64,000 bases of DNA, taken from assembly GCF_963921235.1 (NCBI RefSeq), contig NC_086097.1, forward strand, positions 79,858,001 to 79,922,000, written 5' to 3'. This document shows positions 12,690 to 24,960 of the stretch, one piece after another. Every line of letters begins with the position of its first letter. Position 1 is the first letter of the stretch. The notes beneath the pieces are model-generated. The model ran no database searches. It saw only the letters and a list, made by a program, of their open reading frames with translations, and was not told the DNA's origin. A program made the translations under genes and the position numbers. The DNA is from Mobula hypostoma. Lineage: Eukaryota.

Positions 12690-14310
12690 GTATGAGAGTG
12701 TCAGGGGGCAGAACTGAGTATAATTGCTATTACTAAGGAAAGATGCTTTAGAAACTATAAGATCTGAAGGTAGATAAGTAACCTGGACCAGATAGACTAT
12801 ACCTGAAGGGATTTTGGAGGCATTAGTAATGAATTTTCAAAAATCACTAGTTTCAGGCATAGTTCCCGAGGACTGGAAAATTGCAGATGTCACTCCATTC
12901 TTCAGGAAGGAAGGGAGACAGAAGGAAGGAAATTATATGCCAGTTGGCCTGACTTCAGTGATTGGGAAGTTGTTGGATATAATTGTTAAGAAAGAGGTCT
13001 CTGGGTACTTGGAGGCACAAGATAAAATAGGCCAAAGCCAGTATGGTTTCCTTAAGGGAAAATCTTGACAGACAAACCTGTTGAAATCTTTTGAAGAAAT
13101 AATAAACAGGATAAAGGAAAATTGGTGGATGTTGTGTACTTGGATTTTTCAGAAGGCCTTTAACAATGTGCCGCACATGAGGCTGCTTAACAAGACAAGG
13201 GCCCATGGTATTACAGGAAAGATACTAACATGGACAGAGGATTGGTTGATCAGTAGGAGACAGTGTTGGAATGAAGAGGGCCTATTCAGGTTGGCTACCG
13301 GTGACTTGTGGTGTTCCGCAAGGGTCGGTGTTAGGATCGTTTCTTCTGTTATATATCAATGTTATGATGATGGATTTGATAGCTTTGTGGCCAAGTTTGT
13401 GGATGATACAAAGATAGGTGGAGGGGCAGGTAGTGTTGAGGTGGCTGGGAGGCTGCAGAAGAACTTAGACAAATTAGGAGAATAGGCAAGGAAGTGGCAG
13501 ATGGAACATATTGTCTGTAAATATACAGTCATGCACTTTGGTAGAAGTAAATGCAAAAATCCGAGGTGCAAAGGGTCTAGGGAGTTCTCATGCAGGATTC
13601 CCTAAAGGCTAATTTGCAGGTTGAGTCGGTGGTGAGGGAGACAAGTGCAATGCTAGCATTTATTTTGCGAGAACTAGAATAAAAAAGTAAAGATATAATG
13701 CTGAGGCTTTATAAGGCACTGGTCAGGCCTCACTTGGAGTGTTGTGAGCAATTTTGGGCCTCTTATCTAGGAAAGAATGTCCTGACATTGAAGAGGGTTT
13801 AGAGGAAATTCATAAGAATGATTCCAGGAATGAAAGGATTACCCTATGAGGAGCATTTAATGGCTCTGAGTCTGTACTTGCTGGAATTTAGAATAAGGGA
13901 GGATCTCATTGAAACCTATCGAATGTTGAATGGCCTAGATAGAGTGGATGTGGAGAGGATGTTTCCGATAGTGCGGAGTCTAACACTAGAGGGCACAGCC
14001 TCAATAGATGGACATCAATTTCTTTAGCCAGAAGGTGAGCCTCAGAATAGAAGGATGTCCATTTAGAACAGAGACTCTTCAGCCAGAGGCTGGTGAATCT
14101 GTGGAAGTTGTTGCTACCAGCAGCTGTGGAGGACAGGTTATTAGGTGTTCTTAAGGCGGAGGTTGATAGGTTCTTGATTAACCAGGGCGTGAAAGGATGA
14201 GAAGGCAGGAGAATGGGGTTGAGAAGAAAAATGGATCAGCCATGATGAAATATCGGAGCAGATTTGACGGGTTGAATGGTCTAAACGTGCTCCTATACCT
14301 TATGGCTTCC
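12690..14310 (+). mobile_element. Degenerate CR1 LINE, 3' half
   Basis: VPEDWKIADVTP, QKAFNNVPH, AKFVDDTKIGG; tail CCTTATGG. Confidence 0.9.
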
Positions 14311-14854
14311 ATGAAGTGATAACAGAATTGCCTAGGTATCTTATAGCAAAAGGTGGATTTTACTTTTACCTTTTCTTGAGCAGAGTTTGTCAAGTTGAGG
14401 GGCCATGTAGACTCATAAAGGGTTGCAGGCTTTTCCAAAGTTCAGGGAGTTAAATACTGCAATGTTGTGGATCCTTGACAGAATTTGGAGCTCAACATAA
14501 AATGCATTATTCAGAGGACAATTTCTCACAGTTATCATGTATTCAAGCAGTTCACTTTATCCTTAATCTCAATCACTTTGCACAGTCTTCCATATTTTAG
14601 TCAATGGCTCACATAGAAGACTGGGTCATTGAAGATAAAGGGGATCTCAATCGTCTCAGCCTTTATACTTCAGTATGTGTTGCAGCTGCTGAAGTAAACA
14701 CCTCCTTAACGATTTAAAATGCCACCAACTTCAATAAGATTTCCCCATGACATAAATTTTACTTTCTCCTCAGCTCTTAACATATGAAAGCAACTATTTC
14801 CCTTCATGAACAAGAGCCCCGATGACAGGTCTCAGACCAAAACTTAGACTGTTT

Positions 14855-17800
14855 TAAGTCAAGTCAAGTCAAGTCACTTTTTACTGTCATTTCGACCATA
14901 ACTGCTGGTACAGTACACAGTATAAACGAGACAACGTTTTACAGGACCATGGTGCTACATGAAACAATAGAAAAACTACACCGAACTACGTAAAAACAAA
15001 CAAAAACTACACTAGACTACAGACCTACCCAGGACTGCATGAAGTGCACAAAACAGTGCAGGTATTACAATAAATAATAAACAAGACAATAAGCACAGTG
15101 GAGGGCAGTAGGTTTGTGTCAGTCCGGGCTCTGGGTATTGAAGAGTCTGATGGCTTGGGGGAAGAAACTGTTACATAGTCTGGTCGTGAGAGCCCGAATA
15201 CTTCGGTGCCTTTTGCCAGATGGCAGGAGGGAGAAGAGTTTGTATGAGGGATGCGTGGGGTCCTTCATAATGCTGTTTGCTTTATGGATGCAGCTTGTGG
15301 TGTAAATCGCTGTAATGGCGGAAAGAGAGACCCCGACGATCTTCTCAGCTGACCTCACTACCCACTGCAGGGTCTTAGAACATAGAAATACAACAGTACA
15401 GCACAGTACAGGCCCTTCGGCCCACAATATTATGCCAACCCTTAAACCCTGCCTCCCATATAACACCCCACCTTAAATTCCTCCATATACCTGTCTAGCA
15501 GCTCCTTAAATTTCACTAGTGTATCTGCCTCCACCACTAACTCAGGCAGTGCATTCCATGCACCAACCACTCTCTGAGTAAAAAAACCTTCATCTAATAT
15601 CCCCCTTGAACTTCCCACCCCTTACCTTAAAGCCATGTCTTCTTGTATTGAGCAGTGGTGCCCTGGGGAAAAGGCACTGGCTGTCCACTCTATCTATTCC
15701 TCTTATTATCTTGTACACCTCTATCATGTCTCCTCTCATCCTCCTTCTCTCCAGAGAGTAAAGCCCTAGCTCCCTTAATCTCTGATCATAATGCATACTC
15801 TCTAAACCAGGCAGCATCCTGGTGAATCTCCTCTGCACCCTTTCCAATGCTTCTACATCCTTCCTATAGTGAGGCGATCAGAACTGGACACAGTACTCCA
15901 AGTGTGGCCGAACCAGAGCTTTATAGAGCTGCATCATTACCCCACGACTCTTAAACTCTATCCCTCGACTTATGAAAGCTAACACTCCATAGGCTTTCTT
16001 AACTACCCTATCTACCTGTGAGGCAACTTTCAAGAATTTGTGGACATGTACCCCCAGATCTCTCTACTCCTCCACACTACCAAGTATCCTGCCATTTACT
16101 TTGTACTCTGCCTTGGAGTTTGTCCTTCCAAAGTGTACTACCTCACACTTCTCTGGGTTGAACTCCATCTGCTACTTCTCAGCCCACTCCTGCATCTTAT
16201 CAATGTCTCTCTGCAATCTTTGACAATCCTCTACACTGTCCACAACACCACCAACCTTTGTGTCGTCTGCAAACTTGCCAACCCACCCTTCTACCCCTAA
16301 ATCCAGGTTGTTAATAAAAATTGTGAAAAGTAGAGGTCCCAGAACTGATCCTTGTGGGACACCACTAGTCACAACCCTCCAATCCGAATGTACTCCCTCC
16401 ACCACAACCCCCTGCCTTCTGCAGGCAAGCCAATTCTGAACCCACCTGGCCAAACTTCCCTGGATCCCATGCCTTCTGACTTTCTGAATAAGCCTACCGT
16501 GTGGAACCTTGTCAAATGCCTTATTAAAATCCATACAGATCACGTCCACTGCATTACCTTCATCTCTATGCCTGGTCACCTCCTCAAAGAACTCTGTCAG
16601 GCTTGCTGGACACGATCTGCCCTTCACAAAGCCATGCTGACAGTCCCTGATCAGACCATGATTCTCTAAATGCCCATAGATCCTATCTCTAAGAATCTTT
16701 TTCAACAGCTTTCCCACCAGAGACATAAGGCTCACTGGTCTATAATTACCCAGACTATCCTTACTACCTTTATTGAACAAGAGGACAACATTCGCCTCCC
16801 TCCAATCCTCCGGTACCATTCCCGTGGACAACAAGGACATAAAGATCCTAGCCAGAGGCTCAGCAATCTCTTCCCTCGCCTCGTGGAGCAGCCTGGGGAA
16901 TGTTCCATCAGGCCCCAGGGACTTATCTATCTTAATGTATTTTAACAACTCCAACATGCTCCAGACCATCAACCTCACTCATATTGTCCTCACTGTCATC
17001 AAGTTCCCTCTCATTAGTGAATACAGAGAGAAGTATTCATTGAGGACCTCGCTCACTTCCACAGCCTCCAGGCACATCTACCCACCTTTATCTCTAATCG
17101 GTCCTACCTTCACTCCTGTCATCCTTTTGTTCTTCATATAATTGAAGAATGCCTTGGGGTTTTCCTTTACCCTACTCGCCAAGGCCTTCTCATGCCTCCT
17201 TCTTGCTCTCCTCAGCCCCTTCTTAAGCTTCTTTCTTGCTACCCTATATTCCTCAATAGACCCATCTCATCCTTGCTTCCTAAATCTCATGTATGCTGCC
17301 TTCTTCCACCTGACTAGATTCTCCACCTCACTTGTCACCCATGGTTCCTTCACCCTACCATTCTTTATCTTCCTCACTGGGACAAATTTATCCCTAACAC
17401 CCTGCAAGAGATCTCTAAACATCGACCACATGTCCATAGTACATTTCCCTGCAAAAACATCATCCCAATTCACACCTGCAAGTTCTAGCCTTATAACCTC
17501 ATAATTTGCCCTTCCCCAATTAAAAATTTTCCTGTCCTCTCTGATTCTATCCTTTTCCATGATAATGCTAAAGGCCAGGGGGTGGTGGTCACTGTCCCCC
17601 AGTTGCTCACCCACTGAGAGATCTGTGACCTGACCCGATTTGTTACCTAATACTAGATCTAGTATGGCATTCCCCCTAGTCGGCCTGTCAACATACTGTG
17701 ACAGGAATCCATCCCGGACACACTTAACAAACTCTGCCCTGTCCAAACCCTTGGAACTAATCAGGTGCCAATCAATATTAGGGAAGTTAAAGTCACCCAT

Positions 17801-19195
17801 GATAACAACCCTGTTATTTTTGCACCTTTCCAAAATCTGCCTTCCAATCTGCTCCTTGGTATCTCTGCTGCTACCAGGGGGCCTATAGAATACTCCCAAT
17901 AGAGTAACTGCTCCCTTCCTGTTCCTGACTTCTACCCATACTGACTGAAAAGAGGATCCTGCTACATTACCTACCCTTTCTGTAGCTGTAATAGTATCCC
18001 TGACCAGTAATGCCATCGCTCCTCCCCTTTTTCCTCCCTCTCAGTCCCTTTTAAAGCACTGAAATCCAGGAATATTGAGAATCCATTAATGGCCAATACC
18101 TCATAATTCCATGCATGTATCCAAGCTCTCAGTTCATCACCTTTGTTCCTGATGCTTCTTGCATTGAAGTACATGCAGTTTAGCCCTTCTACCTTACTAC
18201 CTTTCCACCCTTTACACAAGTTTCTCTTTCCTCAAAGCCTCTTTACATGTTAGATCCAGCTTTACTCCATGTACTATACTTGCAGTTCTCTCATGACCTT
18301 TATCCTCCTCCACCTCACTATCTGCTCTAACACTCTGGTTCCAGTCCCCCTGCAAATCTAGTTTAACCCTCCCCCCCCCCCCCCCCCCCAGAGCAGCACT
18401 AGCAAATTCTCCCACAAGGATGTTAGTCCCCCTCCAGTTCAGGTGCAACCCGTCCCGTCAGAACAGGTCTCACCTTCCCTGGAACAAGGCCTAATTGTCC
18501 AGAAACATGAAGCCCTCCCTCCTGCACCAACTCCTTAGCCACGTATTTAGCTGCATTATCTTCCTATTTCTAGCCTCACGAGCACGTGGCACGGGTAGAA
18601 TCCACGTCTTCTGATCCAAGGTGGTGCAATTTCCGAACCAAGCAGTGATGGAGCTGCTCAGGATGCTCTCAATACGACCTCTGTAGAATGTGGTGAGGAT
18701 CGGGGGTGGGAGATGGACTTTTCTCAGCCTTCACAGAAAGTAGAGATGCTGCTGGGCTTTCTTTGCTATGGAGCTGGTGTTGAAGGACAGTGAGATTCTC
18801 CACCATGTGAACACCAAGAAATTTGGTGTTCTTAACGATCTCTACGGATGAGTCGTCGATGTTCAGCCGAGAGTGGTCGCTCCATGTCCTCCTGAAATCA
18901 ACAACCATCTCTTTTGTTTTGTTCACATTCAGAGACAGGTTGTTAGCTCTGCACCAGTCCATCGGTCGTTGCACCTCTTCTCTATATGCTGACTCATCGT
19001 TCTTGCTGATGAGACCCACCATGGTCATGTCATCGGTAAACCTGATGATGTGGTTCGAGCTGTGTGTTGCAGCACCGTTGTGGGTCAGCAGAGTGAACAG
19101 CAGTGGACTGAGCACACAGCCCTGGGGGGCCCCTGTGCTCAGTGTGATGGTGTAGGAGATGCTGCTTCCAATCCGGACTGACTGGGGTCTCTTTT
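14855..19195 (-). mobile_element. Rex1/Babar LINE fragment split by CR1; pieces 14855-15376 and ~18606-19195
   Basis: GAPQGCVLSPLLF, FTDD, KFLGV in ORF 18669-19199; DPTHPSYKLFSLLPSG in ORF 15119-15466; (AAGTC)4 tail at 14856; GTCTT lies on both sides of the CR1. Confidence 0.85.
15377..18605 (-). mobile_element. CR1 LINE, truncated within ORF1, disabled; inverted relative to the copy at 6926-9793
   Basis: ORFs 17267-18016, 16172-16978 and 15590-15847; end of the ORF1 esterase domain at 18400-18600; tail TATTTCTATGTTCT. Confidence 0.95.
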
Positions 19196-20520
19196 CCATA
19201 GATGTTCCCTGGCCTGTTAAGTTCCTCCAGCATTTTGTGTGTGTTGCTGATTCCCTTCAGTTTCCCTTAGTCTGTTGTTCCATCTACACTCTCCTTTCTC
19301 ATGCAACTGCAGCAGATACCACACTGTAATTTTACCTCTTCCCTCTCCCTCACCACATCTAGATTCCCAAATTGCCCTTCAAAGTGGAATAGTAATTCAT
19401 TTGCAACTCTGTCAATGTAAAGTTCTACATTTATGTAGTATTCACGATATTATCTCCTCTAATCTGGAAATACCAAATGTAAATTGGATGACTATTATTT
19501 GAGTCCCAATGTATCGTCTGTGGGGGCTGCACGGCATACAAATTTGCATAGCAAATTGCCTGCCATTTTAATTCCTCAATCTATTCCCACTCTGATCTGT
19601 GGCATCTTACACTGTTATAATGAATCCCAATGTAAGCTTGATAGATCCCGGGGGAAATCTTTATTGATCCCGGGGGAAATTGGTTTTCGTTACAGTTGCA
19701 CCATAAATAATAAATAGTAATAGAAATAGTAATAGTCATGGAAATAATAAATAGTAATAGAAAAATAGTAATAAATAGTTAAATAGTAATATGTAAATTA
19801 TGCCAGTAAATTATGAAATAAGTCCAGGACCAGCCTATTGGCTCAGGGTGTCTGACCCTCCAAGGGAGGAGTTGTAAAGTTTGATGGCCACAGGCAGGAA
19901 TGACTTCCTATGACGCTCTGTGCTGCATCTCGGAAGAATGAGTCTCTGGCTGAATGTACTCCTGTGCCCACCCAGTACAATATGTAGTGGATGGGAGACA
20001 TTGTCCAAGATGGCATGCAACTTAGACAGCATCCTCTTTTCAGACACCTCCGTGAGAGAGTCCAGTTCCATCCCCACAACATCACTGGCCTTACAAATGA
20101 GTTTGTTGATTCTGTTGGTGTCTGCTACCCTCAGCCTGAGAAACAGCACCTGATTTTTCTGTCTGAGCATGTGATAATCTCAGGAACCCACCACTGAATT
20201 CTTTACCAGAATGGGTCATTTCTGCTATAAATCCATTTGAGTCATTGATTCTAATTTTTCACCTTTTCATATTCTTGTACTCTTTAAGTGCCCTCAGATC
20301 ATAGATTTTTTTTCCTTTTCTCTCTCACTATAAACCCATCAAGCCGATGATCTCTACAAATTATCCCCATGACCACCGTGGTCTCACCCAATCCTAACTG
20401 AAACTAGCTTAATTTCTTTCTTTCTCAGTTCTGATGAAGGGTCTTTAGCATGAAACACTTAGAGTTTCTCATTATGCAGATGCTGCCTGACCTGGTGCTT
20501 CTAACATTTACTGCCTTAAT
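19196..20520 (+). mobile_element. Old Penelope-like remnants interrupted by a Rex1 3' end
   Basis: PLE terminus at 19196-19250; degenerate GIY-YIG coding at 19300-19640 resuming at 20135 (EKQHLIF); CTGATGAAGGGTC at 20431. Confidence 0.6.
19641..20134 (-). mobile_element. Rex1/Babar-type LINE 3' end
   Basis: ORF 19835-20170 ILDNVSHPLH...TERHRKSFLPVAIKLYN; same 3' terminus as 33068-33165. Confidence 0.8.
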
Positions 20521-20719
20521 TCCATAAAGATTGCTCCACTGCCACCAGGAACCTTGCAAAAAATGCTGTTAAAATTCACTAAATTATGTAATTTGCATTC
20601 CTCTGGGGAGAACCAGAGCAGCTTCCATAACAATGGCAAAAATAAGGCCCAGCCTTTGCCTGAGATCAGCTAACAGGACAAGGTGCAACAGGAAGAGAAA
20701 GCAAGTGACGACTGGCAAA

Positions 20720-21690
20720 AAAGGGAATATGAACAGCAAACAGTAAAAGGTCTCAAGGTGCATGAATCACTTGGATTGAATGAACTACATCCCAATCTCC
20801 TCAGCTATCTCTTTCAGAGTTTGAGCTGGAGAAGCAGGGAGTCTGCAGAAGGAATTGGATGGGTTTGGAGAATGGGCAAAGTGGCAGATAGAATACAGTG
20901 TAGGGAAATGTATAGTTATGCTCTCTGGTAGAAGGAATAAAAGCATAAACTATTTTTTGAATGGGGAGGGAATTCAGAAATCAGAGACATGCTGATATTT
21001 GGGAGACCTAGTGCAGGAGTCCCTGAAGTTTAACTTACAGATTGAGTCAGTAGTAAGAAAGGTAAATGCAATGTTAGCATTCATTTTGAAAGCATTAGAA
21101 TATAAAACCAAGGACGTAATGCTTATAAGGCATTGGTCAAACCAGGTTTGGAGTACTTTGAGCTCCATGTCTATGTATGGATGTGCTGGTATTGCAGAAG
21201 GTCCGGAGGAGGTTTGCAAGAATGATCCTAAGGATGAAAGGTTATGAGAAGCATTTGATGTCTTTCATTGAAGGTTTGAAAGATTGTGGCGGGGGGGGGG
21301 ATCTCTTTGAAATCTATCAATACTTAAAAAAGCCTACATTTAGTGGAGGACATGAAGGTGATGTTTCCAGCAGTGGCAGAGTCGAGGACCAGAAAGCATA
21401 GCATTGGAACAGAACAAAGTCCCTTTAGAACTGAGATGGGCAGCAATTTCTTGAGTTAGTGGGTGGTAAATTGGTGAAATTCATTGCCACAGTTGGCTAC
21501 AGAGGCCAAGTAACTAGGTGTATTTAAAGCAGAGATTGATGGGTTCTTAATTAGCATGAGTGTCAACAGTAATGGAGAGAATGCAGGAGAATGGGCTTGA
21601 GGTTGAATAATAAATCAGACATGATGAAATGGCCAACCAAACTCAATAGGCTGAATGGCCTACATCTGCTCCTGTACCTTATGGTGAAAG
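20720..21690 (+). mobile_element. Degenerate CR1 3' fragment with internal deletion
   Basis: LQIESVVRKVNAMLAFI, KVRRRFARMI; tail CCTTATGG. Confidence 0.85.
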
Positions 21691-22181
21691 AAGTGGCACA
21701 CCAGAACATTTGTACATACACTCAGAGCACTACCTAGACTAGTACCCAGAGTTTATTATCTGAGGACCCATCTCCATGAGCTTCTTCAAAGGGCAGTCAT
21801 AATTAGGAAAATGATAAGCTACCTTCAGACCATCTGTTTTTTTGCAGTCAAGGACCTTGGTAAGAAGTTACTATGCAGTTTGGACTCCACAACCCAATGT
21901 AGTAAAGATAATCTGAAGTTGCTTAAGCGAACCATGACCTTTGTCAATAGTGGAACAAGTTTACACAAAATGGATCATAACAATTTCCACGATAGGACAG
22001 AATATTCCTTAGGTTGCCACAGTACAGTGCCAAAGTTAATGAGGAGGCATCATGAGTTCATAACCATGGAAACGTTTCTCGCTCTTAAGCAGACAACTAT
22101 TGCTGATGGAAAAATTAGTTAATGGAAGACAACTGATTCAGTATCATCTGCATCTGTGGAGAAGATACCTCAAATGCCATC

Positions 22182-22917
22182 ACACATAAAAGTTGCTAGT
22201 GAATGCAGCAGGTCAGGCAGCATCTCTAGGAAGAGGTACAGTCGACGTTTCGGGCCAAGACCCTTCCTCAGGACTAACTGAAAGAAGAGCTAGTAAGAGA
22301 TTTGAGAGGGGGAGGGGGAGGGGGAGATCCAAAATGATAAGAGAAGACAGGAGGGGGAGGGGGAGGGATGGAGCCAAGAGCTGGACAGGTGATTGGCAAA
22401 AGGGATATGAGAGGATCGTGGGACAGGAGGCCTAGGTAGAAAGATAAGGGGGGGGGGAGCCCAGAGGATGGGCAAGGGGTACAGTGAGGGGGACAGAGGG
22501 AGAAAAAGAAGAGAGAGAAAAAGAATGTGTGTATATAAATAAATAACGGATGGGGTACGAGGGGGAGGTGGGGCATTAGCGGAAGTTTGAGAAGTCAATG
22601 TTCATGCCATCAGGTTGAAGGCTTCCTAGACGGAATATAAGGTGTTGTTCCTCCAACCTGAGTGTGGCTTCATCTTTACAATAGAGGAGGCCGTGGGATA
22701 GACATATCAGAATGGGAATGGGACGTGGAATTAAAATGTGTGGCCACTGGAACGTCCTGCTTTCTCTGGCGGACAGAGCGTAGGTGTTCAGCAAAACGAT
22801 CTCCCAGTCTGCGTCGGGTCTCGCCAATATACAGAAGACCACATCGGGAGCACCGGATGCAGTATATCAACCCAGCCAACTCACAGGTGAAGTGTCGCCT
22901 CACCTGGAAGGACTGTC
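22182..22917 (-). mobile_element. Young 5'-truncated Penelope-like element: GIY-YIG C-terminus, 3' UTR and hammerhead-bearing terminus
   Basis: LIYCIRCSRCGLLYIGETRRRLGDRFAEH, VATHFN, RLEEQHLIFRLGSLQPDGMNIDF. Confidence 0.92.
22239..22277 (-). ncRNA. Minimal type I hammerhead ribozyme motif (intact core)
   Basis: Minus strand reads TTAGTC-CTGAGGA-AGGGTCTTGGCCC-GAAAC-GTC-GACTG: CUGANGA and GAAA core, stem II GGG/CCC, stem I AGUC/GACU, GUC cleavage triplet, loopless stem III. Confidence 0.8.
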
Positions 22918-24960
22918 ACTAACTTTATTACAAAGCCTAACAGGAAAGTGGTCTAATTAAAATCTCCACAGCAAGGTTTAAAGCATTGTGATAATCTTTG
23001 ACCCTGGCAAAATTCATATTGGCACAAGGACACAAAAAGCAGCAGTAGACAGACCATCACCAATGTAAGGAATAGAAATAATAAATGTGAGCCATTAAAG
23101 ACCCCTAGTTTGTAGTCTGCTTTCTAGAGCATTAAGAATGTACAGGTCAACATAATACATATCAAAAGCCAAAGTTAGAATCAATGAATCATGCTAGCAA
23201 TTGTTTTACATTTCAGGTCGCAGTTGAGAACTCATTTACCTTGAGTTCACCCTACTATTAAATGTCAACAACGAAGAGTTGACATTTGAACAGAAAGATA
23301 GTCTAAGGACATATGTTCAGCATTATATGTGTGCATGTACAGCTCAATTCATTGAGATGCATTATGACTCTCATTGTCATGACTGATGACCTGTTCATTA
23401 GAGTATCTATTGCTTTAGAACTCTAATCCATTGTGGGCTACATTTGACTTTCCAAGGAAGTCTCTCTGATGGTCTACTGGAAGGCCCTGCAACATGTGCT
23501 TCCCGGCAGGTCGTCTTAAGAATTTCATATTTAGAAGGATAAAGGCAGGAAGCAAGTATATTGACTCAGATAATGAGATAATTTCAGGAACTGGCAATGG
23601 AAAATCCTCCTGTGCTCAATCATTTCACAATACACTATACCCAGCAATCTTTGGGTTGAAGAATGCCACGGTTATTATGGCACTTGGACACACTGAACAC
23701 AATAGTTATCTCTACCATGAATCTGTTCTTAGAAAGTAAATAACAAATGAGAACAGTACAAAGAACATTGCACCATGCAGTGTTTCATCTTTACAAATCC
23801 TCCCATGTCAACCAGTTTGCATGTTTTATTTGAAGATGAAATTTTAATTAACATAAGTCTTGGTCCATTAATGTCAAAGGAATACTCTATATAATGATAA
23901 CAATAATTATTAATACCATTCTTCTTAACAATTGCTTTTCAAAGAATTACACAGGCCCTTCTATTTCAAAGCAATTCTGCCTTCGGCTGCAGCCAGGCTG
24001 ATGGAAGGTTGTTATCCTTCAGTTAAGGTGACTGCTAGAGATTATGAAGAATGAATAATAGCAGGTCTAATTCGAGAACATCCTGCTGCCAAAGGCACAT
24101 GTTAGACAAGGACACAATTATCTGGAGGAGCGCTGATCTGGAACAAAGGAAGGTTGAGGAATGAAGAAGCTCAGCCTGTTTGCTTTGGAGTGTGGGGCAG
24201 GCGGAGTGTTTTGTGGGTCGAATATTTCAAGGAAAATTCAGCCCACAGCTCAAGCGGGCAACAAATATAGTAGCAACATGCACAGTAAATGTCTCTGAAT
24301 CTGGTTCTGTCTGAAAACTTCCTGTTCTTTGTCTATGTACTTTATATCTCTTCCGGGTCTCTTTACACCCTCAACTTAAACAGTGTGATCCCCAAGTAGA
24401 CTGAAAAGAGCTGGCAGAAGGTCCCTGGGCATCCTGCTCCCTAACCAGTATTCAGTTCTGGGAACTGGGAAGTTCAGTAAGAGCCACGTGTGAGGGGACT
24501 GCCACAGAACAGGTGGTGGGAAATATTATTTTACTGAGTAACTACAGACTTGGTTGCTTCAAAATTCCCACTGTACAGATATGACAGTTTTACACTTCCA
24601 AAACAAGCCAGCACATGCTCTCTCAATATCAGATCATCAGCTTGAGGGGAAACAAAACAAAACTGAATTTCTGTTAAGTGTTATTTCCAATAAAACTGTA
24701 TATGAATTCTGTGATGATGATTGTGCTTTAGCAAGGGCAAAATACTCTGTCTCAAGCTAATTAAGGAATATCAAGCTGTTAAATCAACACTTGATTGGGA
24801 GCTGGTTGGCCATTGCCAAATTAGCTTGATGTTTCACCTTTAGAGTCAAGAAAGTATAGAACTAACAACGCAGCTTCATAGAATTCCAGTTAGGCAGCAT
24901 CTGGGGTATGGCATTCAATTCTGGATGCCCATTATAGGAAAAATGTTGAAGTTTTGGAGA

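Noticed and set aside
12236..12690. Minus-strand coding exon ending at a GGTAAA donor
   Set aside because: The frames examined contain stops, there is no good acceptor, and no protein was recognised
14370..14700. Possible minus-strand exon ending AQEK|GTAAAA
   Set aside because: No convincing acceptor, short open frames and no recognisable homology
18366..18389. Poly-C tract and G-rich PLE 3' UTRs as special G-quadruplex elements
   Set aside because: They are expansions of normal TE-internal runs
21811..22122. 103-aa ORF in apparently unique DNA
   Set aside because: No motifs or splice support; length is within chance expectation
24211..24247. Hairpin TGTGGGTCGAAT...ATTCAGCCCACA
   Set aside because: Imperfect and short; may be collapsed MITE ends, with no support for an RNA gene
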